Positions 43,253 through 55,522 are shown, counted from the stretch's first letter. The stretch: 64,000 nucleotides of DNA from Escherichia coli (GCF_051903065.1 NZ_CP178438.1), one strand, 5' to 3'. Made by a program: numbers and translations. The notes: generated by a model not told the origin, from the letters alone.

Positions 43253-44455
43253 TCAGGACGACTTCGCTGCAATCAAATCCTGCGCACAAGCCCATGCACT
43301 CGACCACGCCCACTGGAAGTTATAGCCCCCCAGCCAGCCGGTGACGTCCATCACTTCGCCGATGAAGTACAGCCCAGGCACTTTGCGCGCTTCCATCGTC
43401 CGTGAAGAGAGTTCGTTGGTGTCCACGCCGCCGAGCGTCACTTCGGCAGTGCGATAGCCTTCAGTGCCGTTGGGTTGTACGCGCCAGTCGGTCAATGTGC
43501 TAATCAGTGCCTGTTGGTCACGCACGTTGAGCTGTTTTAGCGAAACATCCGGGATTTGCCCGAGTTGCTGTAAGCGTTCAACCAACCGCTTCGGTAGATG
43601 AACCGCCAGTGTGTTTTTCAGGCTCTGATTCGGATGTGCGTTACGCTGCTCATTCAGGAAGGTTTCGAGATCCACATCCGGTAGCAGATTGATGCTGACA
43701 AATTCCCCCGGTTGCCAGTAGCTGGAAATCTGCAACACCGCCGGTCCAGATAAGCCGCGGTGGGTGAAGAGTAAGTTCTCACGGAAAACGGTGCCGTTTT
43801 CAGCGGTAATCACGGAAGGCACCGCCACGCCTGCCAGCACCTGTAACTCTTCGAGCAACGGTTTATGCAGAGTGAATGGCACCAGACCCGCGCGGGTCGG
43901 CAGCACGTTGAGGCCAAATTGTTCGGCAATCTTATAACCAAACGGCGATGCGCCCAGCCCCGGCATTGACAGCCCACCGGTCGCGATGACCAGCTTTTCG
44001 CAACCGACAGTCATGCCGTTCAGTTCAAGCGTGAAGCCTGTATCATCCTTCTCCACGCTCAGCACTTCGCTACGCAATCTGAAGGTCACATTGCCCTTCT
44101 CGCACTCATCCACCAGCATGTCGACAATCTGCTGAGCGGAGTCATCGCAGAAGAGTTGCCCTAACGTTTTCTCGTGCCAGGCGATGCCGTGTTTATTGAC
44201 CAGATCAATGAAATCCCACTGGGTAAAACGCGCGAGTGCAGACTTACAAAAATGCGGATTCTGGCTCAGATAAGCGCCCGGTTCGACATAAAGGTTGGTA
44301 AAGTTGCAGCGCCCACCGCCAGACATAAGGATTTTGCGCCCTGGTTTTTTACCATTATCGATCAGCAGAACCCGGCGTCCTGCCTGACCTGCCAGCGCAG
44401 AACAGAACATACCCGCCGCACCAGCGCCTATAATAATGGCATCAAACCTTTCCAC
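43253..44455 (-). CDS. yhiN: FAD-dependent oxidoreductase YhiN (HI0933 family)
   Basis: N-terminal FAD motif IIGAGAAGMFC. Confidence 0.85.
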   Translation of the reverse strand: MERFDAIIIGAGAAGMFCSALAGQAGRRVLLIDNGKKPGRKILMSGGGRCNFTNLYVEPGAYLSQNPHFCKSALARFTQWDFIDLVNKHGIAWHEKTLGQLFCDDSAQQIVDMLVDECEKGNVTFRLRSEVLSVEKDDTGFTLELNGMTVGCEKLVIATGGLSMPGLGASPFGYKIAEQFGLNVLPTRAGLVPFTLHKPLLEELQVLAGVAVPSVITAENGTVFRENLLFTHRGLSGPAVLQISSYWQPGEFVSINLLPDVDLETFLNEQRNAHPNQSLKNTLAVHLPKRLVERLQQLGQIPDVSLKQLNVRDQQALISTLTDWRVQPNGTEGYRTAEVTLGGVDTNELSSRTMEARKVPGLYFIGEVMDVTGWLGGYNFQWAWSSAWACAQDLIAAKSS

Positions 44456-44686
44456 GTTGCGCTCCTCTTAGAAAAAACGGGCGTGAATTGTAAAGATTCC
44501 TCAGTGGTCGCACCAGCATCAATATTACTAAAAGGAAGTATTTGCCTGAATTATATAAGATAATTATTTTTTGAGTGAAATCCATACAGGAGGCAAATCA
44601 AAAAAAGTCTATATTTCACTTTGCCCGCGCCGCGAAAGTCACTGATAATGCGCCGCGTTCATGTCCTCAAAATGGCGTAACGTCCT

Positions 44687-46186
44687 ATGCTACATTTGTT
44701 TGCTGGCCTGGATTTGCATACCGGGCTGTTATTATTGCTTGCACTGGCTTTTGTGCTGTTCTACGAAGCCATCAATGGTTTCCATGACACAGCCAACGCC
44801 GTGGCAACCGTTATCTATACCCGCGCGATGCGTTCTCAGCTCGCCGTGGTTATGGCAGCGGTGTTCAACTTTTTGGGTGTTTTGCTGGGTGGTCTGAGTG
44901 TTGCCTATGCCATTGTGCATATGCTGCCGACGGATCTGCTGCTTAATATGGGATCGTCTCATGGCCTTGCCATGGTGTTCTCTATGTTGCTGGCGGCGAT
45001 TATCTGGAACCTGGGTACCTGGTACTTTGGTTTACCTGCATCCAGCTCTCATACGCTGATTGGCGCGATCATCGGGATTGGTTTAACCAATGCGTTGATG
45101 ACCGGGACGTCAGTGGTGGATGCACTCAATATCCCGAAAGTATTAAGTATTTTCGGTTCTCTGATCGTTTCCCCTATTGTCGGCCTGGTGTTTGCTGGCG
45201 GTCTGATTTTCTTGCTGCGTCGCTACTGGAGCGGCACCAAGAAACGCGCCCGTATCCACCTGACCCCAGCGGAGCGTGAAAAGAAAGACGGCAAGAAAAA
45301 GCCGCCGTTCTGGACGCGTATTGCGCTGATCCTTTCCGCTATCGGCGTGGCGTTTTCGCACGGCGCGAACGATGGTCAGAAAGGCATTGGTCTGGTTATG
45401 TTGGTATTGATTGGCGTCACACCAGCAGGCTTCGTGGTGAACATGAATGCCACTGGCTACGAAATCACCCGTACCCGTGATGCCATCAACAACGTCGAAG
45501 CTTACTTTGAGCAGCATCCTGCGCTGCTGAAACAAGCTACTGGTGCTGATCAGTTAGTACCGGCTCCGGAAGCTGGCGCAACGCAACCTGCGGAGTTCCA
45601 TTGCCATCCGTCGAATACCATTAACGCGCTCAACCGCCTGAAAGGCATGTTGACTACCGATGTGGAAAGCTACGACAAGCTGTCGCTTGATCAACGTAGC
45701 CAGATGCGCCGCATTATGCTGTGCGTTTCTGACACTATCGACAAAGTGGTGAAGATGCCTGGCGTGAGTGCTGACGATCAGCGCCTGTTGAAGAAACTGA
45801 AGTCCGACATGCTTAGCACCATCGAGTATGCACCGGTGTGGATCATCATGGCGGTCGCGCTGGCGTTAGGTATCGGTACGATGATTGGCTGGCGTCGTGT
45901 GGCAACGACTATCGGTGAGAAAATCGGTAAGAAAGGCATGACCTACGCTCAGGGGATGTCTGCCCAGATGACTGCGGCAGTGTCTATCGGCCTGGCGAGT
46001 TATACCGGGATGCCGGTTTCCACTACTCACGTACTCTCCTCTTCTGTCGCGGGGACGATGGTGGTAGATGGTGGCGGCTTACAGCGTAAAACCGTGACCA
46101 GCATTCTGATGGCCTGGGTGTTTACCCTTCCGGCTGCGGTACTGCTTTCCGGCGGGCTGTACTGGCTCTCCTTGCAGTTCCTGTAA
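44687..46186 (+). CDS. pitA: Low-affinity inorganic phosphate transporter PitA
   Basis: 499 aa PHO4-family membrane protein. Confidence 0.95.
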   Translation: MLHLFAGLDLHTGLLLLLALAFVLFYEAINGFHDTANAVATVIYTRAMRSQLAVVMAAVFNFLGVLLGGLSVAYAIVHMLPTDLLLNMGSSHGLAMVFSMLLAAIIWNLGTWYFGLPASSSHTLIGAIIGIGLTNALMTGTSVVDALNIPKVLSIFGSLIVSPIVGLVFAGGLIFLLRRYWSGTKKRARIHLTPAEREKKDGKKKPPFWTRIALILSAIGVAFSHGANDGQKGIGLVMLVLIGVTPAGFVVNMNATGYEITRTRDAINNVEAYFEQHPALLKQATGADQLVPAPEAGATQPAEFHCHPSNTINALNRLKGMLTTDVESYDKLSLDQRSQMRRIMLCVSDTIDKVVKMPGVSADDQRLLKKLKSDMLSTIEYAPVWIIMAVALALGIGTMIGWRRVATTIGEKIGKKGMTYAQGMSAQMTAAVSIGLASYTGMPVSTTHVLSSSVAGTMVVDGGGLQRKTVTSILMAWVFTLPAAVLLSGGLYWLSLQFL

Positions 46187-46203
46187 TCGTACGCACCAAA
46201 ATG

Positions 46204-46233
46204 AGCGGGTCAGTTTACTGGCCCGCTTTTTTT
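46204..46233. terminator. Terminator between convergent pitA and uspB
   Basis: GAGCGGG...CCCGCTTTTTTT hairpin plus T-run. Confidence 0.7.
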
Positions 46234-46256
46234 ATGCGTTATTATTGCTGAAGTGC

Positions 46257-46592
46257 TTAATGCCAAATCATCAATGCAATCAGGCTGACCACCACCAGAC
46301 CACACAATGCGCTGGTCAGAATAAACTGCCGACGCACCCGCTCACAGCGGCGAATAAACTCATCATCGTGATGATCGCGATAACGTTGGGCATAGATATA
46401 CCAAACGAGACGCACCTGTTTGTTGGGTTGGCCATGTGAGGTAAAAAAGCCCCCTCCATCAACATATTGATAGAGCAATGGATCGCAGTTACGCAGTACC
46501 ACTAACAACGCGCGTAGTGATGAGAAATAGCGCGCCATGTTAACAATGCAAACGACACATAAAGCCCAAAATAATGCGACGGTGCTTATCAT
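46257..46592 (-). CDS. uspB: Universal stress protein B
   Basis: 111 aa, two TM segments, divergent from uspA. Confidence 0.9.
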
Positions 46593-46982
46593 ACCTCCTC
46601 CCCGGCGACCTGCCCGCGGAGTTCCACCCCGGGGCTACCGCTCCCGATACGCTGCCAATCAGTTAACACCAGGTCCTGGAGAAACCGCTTTTGTGGTGAC
46701 CAACATCCGAGCGGCTCTATAGATAGTGTAGGAGATCAGGTTGTTTTTTTTCCAGAAGGTTAACCACTATCAATATATTCATGTCGAAAATTTGTTTATC
46801 TAACGGGTAAGCAAGGCGGATTGACGGATCATCCGGGTCGCTATAAGGTAAGGATGGTCTTAACACTGAATCTTTACGGCTGGGTTAGCCCCGCGCACGT
46901 AGTTCGCAGGACGCGGGTGACGTAACGGCACAAGAAACGCTAGCTGGCCAGTCATCGACAACTTTATGGAAGGAGTAACACT

Positions 46983-47417
46983 ATGGCTTATAAACACATT
47001 CTCATCGCGGTCGATCTCTCCCCGGAAAGCAAAGTTCTGGTAGAGAAAGCAGTCTCTATGGCTCGCCCATACAATGCGAAAGTTTCTCTGATCCACGTAG
47101 ATGTAAACTACTCTGACCTATATACCGGGCTTATTGATGTGAATCTTGGTGATATGCAGAAACGCATCTCTGAAGAGACACATCATGCGCTGACCGAGCT
47201 TTCCACTAATGCAGGCTACCCAATCACTGAAACCCTGAGCGGCAGCGGCGACCTGGGCCAGGTTCTGGTCGATGCAATCAAGAAATACGATATGGATCTG
47301 GTGGTTTGTGGTCACCACCAGGACTTCTGGAGCAAACTGATGTCTTCCGCACGTCAGCTGATCAACACCGTTCACGTTGATATGCTGATTGTTCCGCTGC
47401 GCGACGAAGAAGAATAA
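46983..47417 (+). CDS. uspA: Universal stress protein A
   Basis: 144 aa starting [33 protein letters not shown]. Confidence 0.95.
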
Positions 47418-47442
47418 TCTTCCCTCCACGACGTGTTCCTGA

Positions 47443-47473
47443 ACGCCCGCATATGCGGGCGTTTTGCTTTTTG
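47443..47473 (+). terminator. Rho-independent terminator of uspA
   Basis: AACGCCCGCATATGCGGGCGTT followed by TTGCTTTTT. Confidence 0.75.
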
Positions 47474-47494
47474 GCGCGCCTTGTTACCTGATTA

Positions 47495-47521
47495 GCGTAA
47501 ACGCCTTATCTGGCCTACGGT
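47495..47521. repeat. REP-like element
   Basis: AACGCCTTATCTGGCCTACG matches the REP consensus. Confidence 0.5.
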
Positions 47522-47733
47522 CTGCGTTCGCAATCAAAATCCCCAGCCAATACAATATTTAACACCATCATATTTTCCATCATTAGTGTGATCAGCTGGT
47601 TATTTTCTGTTGTAATAGTGTATTAATCTATTCACCGCATCAATATTAAGAATCTCTGACAGATGTAAACTTTTTCGCGCGTTATCCCTTACGCGTTCAT
47701 ACTTTTCAGGATGGTATTGGAAGGTTAATAAAT

Positions 47734-49203
47734 ATGAATACAACAACACCCATGGGGATGCTGCAGCAACCTCGCCCATTTTTCATGATCTTTTTTGTCG
47801 AGTTATGGGAGCGATTCGGCTACTACGGCGTGCAGGGCGTACTGGCGGTTTTCTTCGTTAAACAGCTTGGATTCTCGCAAGAGCAGGCTTTTGTCACTTT
47901 TGGTGCTTTTGCTGCGCTGGTCTATGGCCTCATTTCCATTGGCGGCTATGTCGGCGACCACCTGCTGGGGACCAAACGCACCATCGTTCTTGGAGCACTT
48001 GTGCTGGCGATTGGCTACTTCATGACCGGCATGTCGCTACTTAAGCCTGACCTGATTTTCATCGCCCTGGGGACTATCGCTGTCGGTAACGGCCTGTTTA
48101 AAGCTAACCCAGCCAGCTTGCTTTCGAAGTGCTATCCACCGAAAGATCCGCGCCTTGATGGCGCATTCACCCTGTTCTATATGTCGATCAATATCGGCTC
48201 GTTGATAGCGTTATCGCTGGCCCCTGTGATCGCTGATAGATTCGGTTATTCTGTCACCTACAACCTGTGCGGGGCGGGGTTAATTATCGCATTACTGGTT
48301 TACATCGCCTGTCGTGGAATGGTGAAAGACATTGGTTCTGAACCCGACTTCCGGCCAATGAGCTTCAGCAAACTGTTGTACGTGTTACTTGGCAGCGTGG
48401 TGATGATCTTCGTCTGTGCATGGCTGATGCACAACGTAGAAGTCGCCAATCTGGTGCTGATTGTTCTCTCCATCGTCGTCACCATCATCTTCTTTCGTCA
48501 GGCATTCAAGCTGGATAAAACCGGGCGCAATAAAATGTTTGTTGCCTTTGTCCTGATGCTCGAAGCGGTGGTGTTTTACATTCTCTACGCCCAGATGCCA
48601 ACGTCGCTGAACTTCTTTGCCATCAACAACGTGCATCATGAAATTCTCGGCTTTTCCATCAACCCGGTCAGCTTCCAGGCGCTTAACCCGTTCTGGGTGG
48701 TACTCGCCAGCCCAATACTGGCAGGTATCTACACGCATTTGGGTAACAAAGGCAAAGACCTCTCGATGCCGATGAAATTTACTCTCGGCATGTTTATGTG
48801 CTCGCTGGGCTTTTTGACGGCTGCAGCTGCGGGAATGTGGTTTGCGGATGCACAAGGACTGACATCGCCGTGGTTTATCGTGCTGGTTTACTTGTTCCAG
48901 AGCCTGGGTGAACTGTTTATTAGCGCCCTTGGCCTGGCGATGATTGCTGCCCTGGTGCCGCAGCATTTGATGGGCTTTATTCTCGGGATGTGGTTCCTGA
49001 CGCAGGCTGCCGCGTTCTTGCTGGGCGGCTATGTGGCAACATTTACCGCAGTACCAGACAACATTACCGATCCGCTTGAGACGTTGCCTGTCTATACCAA
49101 CGTGTTTGGTAAGATTGGTCTGGTCACACTGGGCGTTGCAGTAGTGATGCTGTTGATGGTGCCGTGGCTGAAACGCATGATTGCGACGCCGGAAAGCCAT
49201 TAA
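47734..49203 (+). CDS. dtpB: Di/tripeptide:proton symporter DtpB (POT family)
   Basis: 489 aa, POT-family membrane protein, synteny. Confidence 0.9.
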
Positions 49204-49215
49204 TTATTCTTGCAG

Positions 49216-49247
49216 AAAGCAGGGTAGCGTTATCGCTACCCTGCTTT
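49216..49247. terminator. Bidirectional terminator between dtpB and rsmJ
   Basis: AAAGCAGGGTAGCG-TTAT-CGCTACCCTGCTTT 14-bp stem. Confidence 0.7.
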
Positions 49248-49251
49248 ACTT

Positions 49252-50004
49252 TTATACTGGCGTTCCGGCATAAATATCAAACCTATGCCCTTTAGTGACT
49301 ACCGCGTTTGGCGTGGCGACATTCGCCAGCGGTGGCGCGTAGTCCGGGCGCTTTACCACCACGCGTTTGGTCGCCAGCAAGCGTGCAGGCTCCAGTAATC
49401 CATCGGCATCAAGATCCGGTCCCACCAGCGACTGAAAGACGCGCATCTCTTTTTTCACCAGCGCGCTTTTCTGCTTATGCGGGAACATCGGGTCGAGATA
49501 GACCACCTGCGGGCGCGGGGTAATATCGGTCAGCGCCGTCAGGCTGGAGGCGTGAATTAACTGCAAACGCTCCTGCAACCAGCCGCCGATTTCCGCATCC
49601 GCATATCCACGCGCCAGGCCGTCGTCGAGTAGCGCGGCAACGACTGGATTACGCTCCAGCATCCGCACGCGGCAGCCGACCGAAGCCAGCACAAAGGCAT
49701 CGCGCCCCAGCCCTGCGGTAGCGTCCACCACATCCGGCAAATAATCGCCTTTAATGCCCACCGCTTTCGCCACCGCCTCACCACGACCACCGCCGAATTT
49801 GCGACGATGCGCCATCGCTCCGCCAACAAAATCAACAAAGATGCCGCCAAGTTTTGGCTCATCACGCTTGCGCAATTCCAGATGTTCCGGCGTTAATACC
49901 AGCGCCATCAGGTTGTCTTCATCATGTTCCAGCCCCCAGCGAGCCGCCAGAACAGATAAGGCACCGTCTCCGGTGCCTGTTTCATCAATTAAGCAGATTT
50001 TCAC
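49252..50004 (-). CDS. rsmJ: 16S rRNA m2G1516 methyltransferase RsmJ
   Basis: Start taken at in-frame GTG ([12 protein letters not shown]...), 250 aa; 8 nt downstream of prlC. Confidence 0.85.
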   Translation of the reverse strand: MKICLIDETGTGDGALSVLAARWGLEHDEDNLMALVLTPEHLELRKRDEPKLGGIFVDFVGGAMAHRRKFGGGRGEAVAKAVGIKGDYLPDVVDATAGLGRDAFVLASVGCRVRMLERNPVVAALLDDGLARGYADAEIGGWLQERLQLIHASSLTALTDITPRPQVVYLDPMFPHKQKSALVKKEMRVFQSLVGPDLDADGLLEPARLLATKRVVVKRPDYAPPLANVATPNAVVTKGHRFDIYAGTPV

Positions 50005-50011
50005 TGAATGA

Positions 50012-52054
50012 TCAGCCCTTAATGCCGTAATGCTCCAGCATCGCATCCAGCTGCGGTTCACGCCCACGGAAGCGTTTGAACAGATCCATCGGCTCTTCTG
50101 AACCGCCACGGCTCAGAATGTTGTCGAGGAACGACTGTCCGGTTTCACGGTTGAAAATGCCCTCTTCCTCAAAGCGCGAGAAGGCATCTGCCGCCAGCAC
50201 GTCGGCCCACAGGTAGCTGTAGTAACCTGCGGCATAACCACCGGCGAAAATATGGCTGAAAGCGTGCGGGAAACGGCCCCAGGATGGAGACGGTACTACG
50301 GCAACCAGTTTCTTGATTTCTGCCAGAGTTTCGAGGATTTTCGCTCCCTGATCCGGGCGGAACTCGGCATGGAGGCGGAAATCGAACAGGCCGAACTCCA
50401 GCTGGCGCAGAATAAACAGCGCCGCCTGGTAGTTCTTCGCCGCCAGCATTTTATCCAGCAACTCTTTCGGCAGCGGTTCGCCGGTTTCGTAGTGACCGGA
50501 GATAAACGCCAGCGCCTCAGGCTCCCAGCACCAGTTTTCCATAAACTGACTCGGCAGTTCGACCGCATCCCACGGCACCCCGCTGATACCAGATACACCG
50601 GCAGTTTCGATGCGGGTCAGCATATGGTGCAGACCATGACCGAACTCGTGGAACAGGGTGATCACTTCGTCATGGGTAAACAGCGCCGGTTTACCATTCA
50701 CCGGGCGGTTGAAGTTACAGGTCAGATACGCGACCGGTTTTTGCAGCGAACCGTCGGCTTTACGCATCTGGCCTACGCAGTCATCCATCCACGCCCCGCC
50801 GCGCTTGTTTTCACGGGCATACAGGTCGAGGTAGAAGCTACCGCGCAGTTCGTTGTTCTCGTCATACAGTTCGAAGAAACGTACATCCGGATGCCAGACA
50901 TCAACATCTTTACGCTCTTTAGCGGTGATGCCGTAAATACGTTTCACCACTTCAAACAGGCCGTTAACCGCTTTGTTTTCCGGGAAGTACGGACGCAGCT
51001 GTTCGTCACTGATGCTGTAAAGGTGCTGTTTTTGTTTTTCGCTGTAGTATGCGATATCCCACGGCTGCAACTCATCGACGCCAAATTCGGCTTTGGCGAA
51101 GGCACGCAGTTGCGCCAGCTCTTTTTCGCCCTGCGGACGCGCGCGTTTTGCCAGATCGGTTAAGAAATCCAGCACCTGCTGCGGGTTTTCTGCCATTTTA
51201 GTAGCAAGGGATTTAAAGGCGTAGTTTTCAAAGCCCAGCAGTTGCGCCAGTTCGTGACGCAGCGCGAGGATCTCTTCCATCACCTTGCTGTTGTCCCACT
51301 TACCGGCGTTCGGACCTTGATCGGAAGCGCGGGTGCTGTAAGCGCGATACATCTCTTCGCGCAGAGCCTGGTTGTCGCAGTAGGTCATTACCGGCAGGTA
51401 GCTTGGGATATCCAGCGTCAGCAGGTAGCCTTCAAGTTCTTTCGCTTCAGCCTGGGCTTTTGCCGCAGCCAGCGCGCTTTCTGGCATCCCCGCCAGTTCC
51501 GCTTCGTCGGTAACGAGTTTGGTCCAGCCCATTGTCGCATCGAGGACGTTGTTGCTGTACTGGTTGCCCAGCTCGGAAAGACGAGTGGCAATCTCACCGT
51601 AGCGTTGTTGTTTCTCTTTTGGCAGACCGATGCCAGAGAGTTCGAAGTCGCGCAGTGCGTTATCAACCGCTTTTTTCTGAGCTGTGTTCAGCGTGGCGTA
51701 ATGATCGCCATCGCGCAGGTCGCGATACGCTTTATACAGCCCCTCATGTTGCCCTACCCAGGTGCTGTATTCCGACAGCAGCGGCAGGGTTTGCTCGTAG
51801 GCTTCACGCAGTTCCGGGCTATTTTTCACCGAGTTCAGGTGGCTGACCGGGGAGAAGATACGCCCCAACACATCGTCCACTTCCGCCAGCGGCTGGCAGA
51901 GATTTTCCCAGGTATACGGTGCCCCTTGCGCTACTACGCGCTCCACATTTTCGCGGCAGTCGTTCAGTGCCTTAGTCACGGCTGGAACGACATGTTCCGG
52001 GAGAATTTTAGAAAACGGAGGCAATTCAAAGGGAGTCAGTAACGGATTCGTCAT
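50012..52054 (-). CDS. prlC: Oligopeptidase A (PrlC/OpdA), M3 family
   Basis: Zinc-binding HEFGH motif ([12 protein letters not shown]); start at [14 protein letters not shown]. Confidence 0.95.
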   Translation of the reverse strand: MTNPLLTPFELPPFSKILPEHVVPAVTKALNDCRENVERVVAQGAPYTWENLCQPLAEVDDVLGRIFSPVSHLNSVKNSPELREAYEQTLPLLSEYSTWVGQHEGLYKAYRDLRDGDHYATLNTAQKKAVDNALRDFELSGIGLPKEKQQRYGEIATRLSELGNQYSNNVLDATMGWTKLVTDEAELAGMPESALAAAKAQAEAKELEGYLLTLDIPSYLPVMTYCDNQALREEMYRAYSTRASDQGPNAGKWDNSKVMEEILALRHELAQLLGFENYAFKSLATKMAENPQQVLDFLTDLAKRARPQGEKELAQLRAFAKAEFGVDELQPWDIAYYSEKQKQHLYSISDEQLRPYFPENKAVNGLFEVVKRIYGITAKERKDVDVWHPDVRFFELYDENNELRGSFYLDLYARENKRGGAWMDDCVGQMRKADGSLQKPVAYLTCNFNRPVNGKPALFTHDEVITLFHEFGHGLHHMLTRIETAGVSGISGVPWDAVELPSQFMENWCWEPEALAFISGHYETGEPLPKELLDKMLAAKNYQAALFILRQLEFGLFDFRLHAEFRPDQGAKILETLAEIKKLVAVVPSPSWGRFPHAFSHIFAGGYAAGYYSYLWADVLAADAFSRFEEEGIFNRETGQSFLDNILSRGGSEEPMDLFKRFRGREPQLDAMLEHYGIKG

Positions 52055-52117
52055 TAGCGCAGTCCTGGTTAAAGAGGTTAAGGAAGCGCTCAACAGGCGC
52101 TTTACATAATGTTTGTA

Positions 52118-52147
52118 GCATGGGGTTAAGTGTAGTGAATTTCAATG
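52118..52147 (-). promoter_or_regulatory. Candidate sigma32 heat-shock promoter of prlC
   Basis: Minus strand reads CATTGAAA - 14 nt - CCCCATGC, close to sigma32 consensus CTTGAAA/CCCCATnT. Confidence 0.5.
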
Positions 52148-52256
52148 AGAAACGTTACGCTTTCGCGGCGGCGGCCTCTTTTCGGTATACTGTCCTGATA
52201 GGCTTTTGTGCACCCCGAATACGGGCCGATTTTTACTTACCGGAACACCTTTACCC

Positions 52257-53099
52257 ATGCTCAGTTATCGCCACAGCTTTCACGCTGGCAACCACGCCGA
52301 CGTCCTTAAACATACCGTTCAGAGCCTGATCATCGAGTCGCTGAAAGAGAAAGATAAACCGTTTCTCTATCTCGACACCCACGCAGGCGCCGGGCGTTAT
52401 CAGTTAGGTAGCGAACATGCCGAGCGTACCGGCGAATATCTCGAAGGTATCGCCCGTATCTGGCAGCAGGACGATTTGCCTGCGGAGCTGGAGCCGTACA
52501 TCAATGTGGTAAAACACTTCAACCGTAGCGGTCAGTTGCGTTACTACCCCGGTTCGCCGTTGATTGCTCGCCAGCTACTGCGCGAGCAGGACAGTCTGCA
52601 ACTGACCGAGCTGCACCCGAGCGATTACCCGTTGCTGCGTTCTGAATTTCAGAAAGACAGCCGTGCGCGCGTCGAAAAATCCGACGGTTTCCAGCAGCTT
52701 AAGGCCAAACTGCCGCCGGTTTCCCGCCGTGGTTTAATCCTTATCGACCCGCCGTATGAAATGAAAACCGACTATCAGGCGGTGGTCAGCGGTATTAACG
52801 AGGGGTATAAACGTTTTGCCACGGGCACTTACGCATTGTGGTATCCGGTGGTGCTGCGTCAGCAAATCAAGCGCATGATCCACGACCTGGAAGCGACCGG
52901 TATTCGCAAAATTCTGCAAATTGAACTGGCGGTATTGCCAGACAGCGATCGCCGTGGCATGACCGCTTCCGGCATGATTGTGATTAACCCGCCGTGGAAG
53001 CTGGAACAGCAGATGAATAATGTGCTGCCGTGGCTGCACAGCAAACTGGTTCCGGCAGGTACTGGTCACGCTACCGTAAGCTGGATCGTGCCGGAGTAA
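52257..53099 (+). CDS. rlmJ: 23S rRNA m6A2030 methyltransferase RlmJ
   Basis: Start MLSYRHSFHAGNHADVLKH, 280 aa. Confidence 0.85.
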   Translation: MLSYRHSFHAGNHADVLKHTVQSLIIESLKEKDKPFLYLDTHAGAGRYQLGSEHAERTGEYLEGIARIWQQDDLPAELEPYINVVKHFNRSGQLRYYPGSPLIARQLLREQDSLQLTELHPSDYPLLRSEFQKDSRARVEKSDGFQQLKAKLPPVSRRGLILIDPPYEMKTDYQAVVSGINEGYKRFATGTYALWYPVVLRQQIKRMIHDLEATGIRKILQIELAVLPDSDRRGMTASGMIVINPPWKLEQQMNNVLPWLHSKLVPAGTGHATVSWIVPE

Positions 53100-53170
53100 T
53101 TGCAGCCATCGCTGGCACCTATTACGTCTCGCGCTACAATCGCGGTAATCAACGATAAGGACACTCTGTC

Positions 53171-54523
53171 ATGACTAAACACTATGATTACATCGCCATC
53201 GGCGGCGGCAGCGGCGGTATCGCCTCCATTAACCGCGCGGCTATGTACGGTCAGAAATGCGCACTGATTGAAGCCAAAGAGCTGGGCGGCACCTGCGTGA
53301 ACGTCGGCTGCGTACCGAAGAAAGTGATGTGGCACGCGGCGCAAATCCGCGAAGCGATCCATATGTACGGCCCGGATTATGGTTTCGATACCACTATCAA
53401 TAAATTCAACTGGGAAACGTTGATCGCCAGCCGTACCGCCTATATCGACCGTATTCATACCTCCTATGAAAACGTGCTCGGTAAAAATAACGTTGATGTG
53501 ATCAAGGGCTTTGCCCGCTTCGTTGATGCCAAAACGCTGGAAGTTAATGGCGAAACCATCACGGCTGATCATATTCTGATCGCTACTGGTGGCCGCCCGA
53601 GCCATCCAGACATTCCGGGCGTGGAATACGGTATTGATTCTGATGGTTTCTTCGCCCTTCCTGCTTTGCCAGAGCGCGTAGCGGTTGTTGGCGCGGGTTA
53701 CATCGCCGTTGAACTGGCGGGCGTGATTAACGGCCTCGGCGCGAAAACGCATCTGTTTGTGCGTAAACATGCGCCGCTGCGCAGCTTCGACCCGATGATC
53801 TCTGAAACGCTGGTTGAAGTGATGAACGCCGAAGGCCCGCAGTTGCACACCAACGCCATCCCGAAAGCGGTAGTGAAAAATGCCGATGGTAGCCTGACGC
53901 TGGAGCTGGAAGATGGTCGCAGTGAAACGGTGGATTGCCTGATTTGGGCGATTGGTCGCGAGCCTGCCAATGACAACATCAACCTCGAAGCCGCTGGCGT
54001 TAAAACCAACGAAAAAGGCTATATCGTCGTCGATAAATATCAAAACACCAACATTGAAGGTATTTACGCGGTGGGCGATAACACGGGTGCAGTAGAACTG
54101 ACACCGGTGGCAGTTGCAGCTGGTCGCCGCCTCTCTGAACGCCTGTTTAATAACAAGCCGGATGAGCATCTGGATTACAGCAACATTCCGACCGTGGTCT
54201 TCAGCCATCCGCCGATTGGTACTGTTGGTTTAACGGAACCGCTGGCGCGCGAGCAGTACGGCGACGATCAGGTGAAAGTGTATAAATCCTCTTTCACCGC
54301 GATGTATACCGCCGTCACCACTCACCGCCAGCCGTGCCGCATGAAGCTGGTGTGCGTTGGGCCAGAAGAGAAGATTGTCGGTATTCACGGCATTGGTTTT
54401 GGTATGGACGAAATGTTGCAGGGCTTCGCGGTGGCGCTGAAGATGGGGGCAACCAAAAAAGACTTCGACAATACCGTCGCCATTCACCCAACGGCGGCAG
54501 AAGAGTTCGTGACCATGCGTTAA
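53171..54523 (+). CDS. gor: Glutathione reductase
   Basis: FAD motif GGGSGG, redox-active disulfide [13 protein letters not shown]. Confidence 0.95.
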   Translation: MTKHYDYIAIGGGSGGIASINRAAMYGQKCALIEAKELGGTCVNVGCVPKKVMWHAAQIREAIHMYGPDYGFDTTINKFNWETLIASRTAYIDRIHTSYENVLGKNNVDVIKGFARFVDAKTLEVNGETITADHILIATGGRPSHPDIPGVEYGIDSDGFFALPALPERVAVVGAGYIAVELAGVINGLGAKTHLFVRKHAPLRSFDPMISETLVEVMNAEGPQLHTNAIPKAVVKNADGSLTLELEDGRSETVDCLIWAIGREPANDNINLEAAGVKTNEKGYIVVDKYQNTNIEGIYAVGDNTGAVELTPVAVAAGRRLSERLFNNKPDEHLDYSNIPTVVFSHPPIGTVGLTEPLAREQYGDDQVKVYKSSFTAMYTAVTTHRQPCRMKLVCVGPEEKIVGIHGIGFGMDEMLQGFAVALKMGATKKDFDNTVAIHPTAAEEFVTMR

Positions 54524-54529
54524 ATGTTA

Positions 54530-54560
54530 AAGGGCTAAGAGTAGTGTGCTCTTAGCCCTT
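54530..54560. terminator. Bidirectional terminator hairpin between gor and dinQ
   Basis: AAGGGCTAAGAG-TAGTGTG-CTCTTAGCCCTT 12-bp stem. Confidence 0.6.
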
Positions 54561-54576
54561 AATTACGTTTCCGCTA

Positions 54577-54660
54577 TCAGTTCAGAAGCTGAAGCAGAAA
54601 GCGGATCAGTTCCAGCAGCGCAATTAACGCCCCAAGAACGATGATTGCTTTATCAATCAC
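54577..54660 (-). CDS. dinQ: DinQ 27-aa single-TM toxic peptide (type I toxin)
   Basis: Minus-strand GTG with GGAGA Shine-Dalgarno, translating VIDKAIIVLGALIALLELIRFLLQLLN; not in the supplied ORF track (below its size cutoff). Confidence 0.8.
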   Translation of the reverse strand: MIDKAIIVLGALIALLELIRFLLQLLN

Positions 54661-54853
54661 CCGTTTTCTCCATGCGATGGAGTGAGAATGCATCCGCTTA
54701 CTCATCCACTGCCTGTCACGGTGCATGTCTCATTGTTAGATGACGACTATCTCACTCCGGCCAGAGCATCAGTTAACGGCACCACCCGTACTTCTGACCA
54801 GGACTTTGAAAGCGTTTATGCGCATTGCCAGAGTGAAAATGCCTCAGAGCTAA

Positions 54854-54869
54854 CTGGATAATCATACAG
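54854..54869. promoter_or_regulatory. LexA box (SOS operator) of dinQ
   Basis: CTGGATAATCATACAG matches CTG-N10-CAG, about 195 nt upstream of the dinQ start. Confidence 0.7.
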
Positions 54870-54933
54870 TACATGCAGGTTATAAAACCAGCACGTCCTT
54901 GCAATAGTTTCAGTATGGTATTAGCATTGATGC

Positions 54934-55016
54934 GTTAGATGATGGCTATCTCACTCCAGCCAGAGCCACCAACTCAGGGCTGGAAAGTAAAAAACCGACG
55001 CAAAGTCGGTTTTTTT
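54934..55016 (+). ncRNA. agrB: agrB-like antisense sRNA regulating dinQ
   Basis: Candidate -35 TTGCAA (54899-54904) and -10 TAGCAT (54922-54927); RNA contains a 33-nt segment (54934-54966) about 90% identical to 54735-54767 inside the dinQ 5' UTR; ends at terminator ACCGAC...GTCGGTTTTTTT. Confidence 0.55.
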
Positions 55017-55168
55017 ACGTCCTGATTCAGACCTCCTTTCAAATGAATAGCCAACTCAAAATTCACACCTATTACCTTCCTCTGCACATACACATTCGTT
55101 AAACCATATATGTTTTTGACTTATCCGCTTCGAAGAGAGACACTACCTGCAACAATCAGGAGCGCAAT

Positions 55169-55522
55169 ATGTCATTTCTGTTACCCATCCAACTGTTCAA
55201 AATTCTTGCCGATGAAACCCGTCTGGGCATCGTTTTACTGCTTAGCGAACTGGGAGAGTTATGCGTCTGCGATCTCTGCACTGCCCTCGATCAGTCGCAG
55301 CCCAAGATATCCCGCCATCTGGCATTGCTGCGTGAAAGCGGGCTATTGCTGGACCGCAAGCAAGGTAAGTGGGTTCATTACCGCTTATCGCCGCATATTC
55401 CAGCATGGGCGGCGAAAATTATTGATGAAGCCTGGCGATGTGAACAGGAAAGGGTTCAGGTGATTGTCCGCAACCTGGCTCGACAAAATTGTTCCGTAGA
55501 CAGTAAGAACATTTGCAGTTAA
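55169..55522 (+). CDS. arsR: Arsenical resistance operon repressor ArsR
   Basis: 117 aa with ELCVCDLC metal-binding motif; AGGAG Shine-Dalgarno. Confidence 0.9.
   Translation: MSFLLPIQLFKILADETRLGIVLLLSELGELCVCDLCTALDQSQPKISRHLALLRESGLLLDRKQGKWVHYRLSPHIPAWAAKIIDEAWRCEQERVQVIVRNLARQNCSVDSKNICS

Noticed and set aside
54691-54693. Upstream in-frame ATG that would extend DinQ to 38 aa
   Set aside because: The GTG at 54658-54660 has a properly spaced GGAGA Shine-Dalgarno and yields the 27-aa peptide described as the active DinQ form; the longer form is not excluded but is less likely
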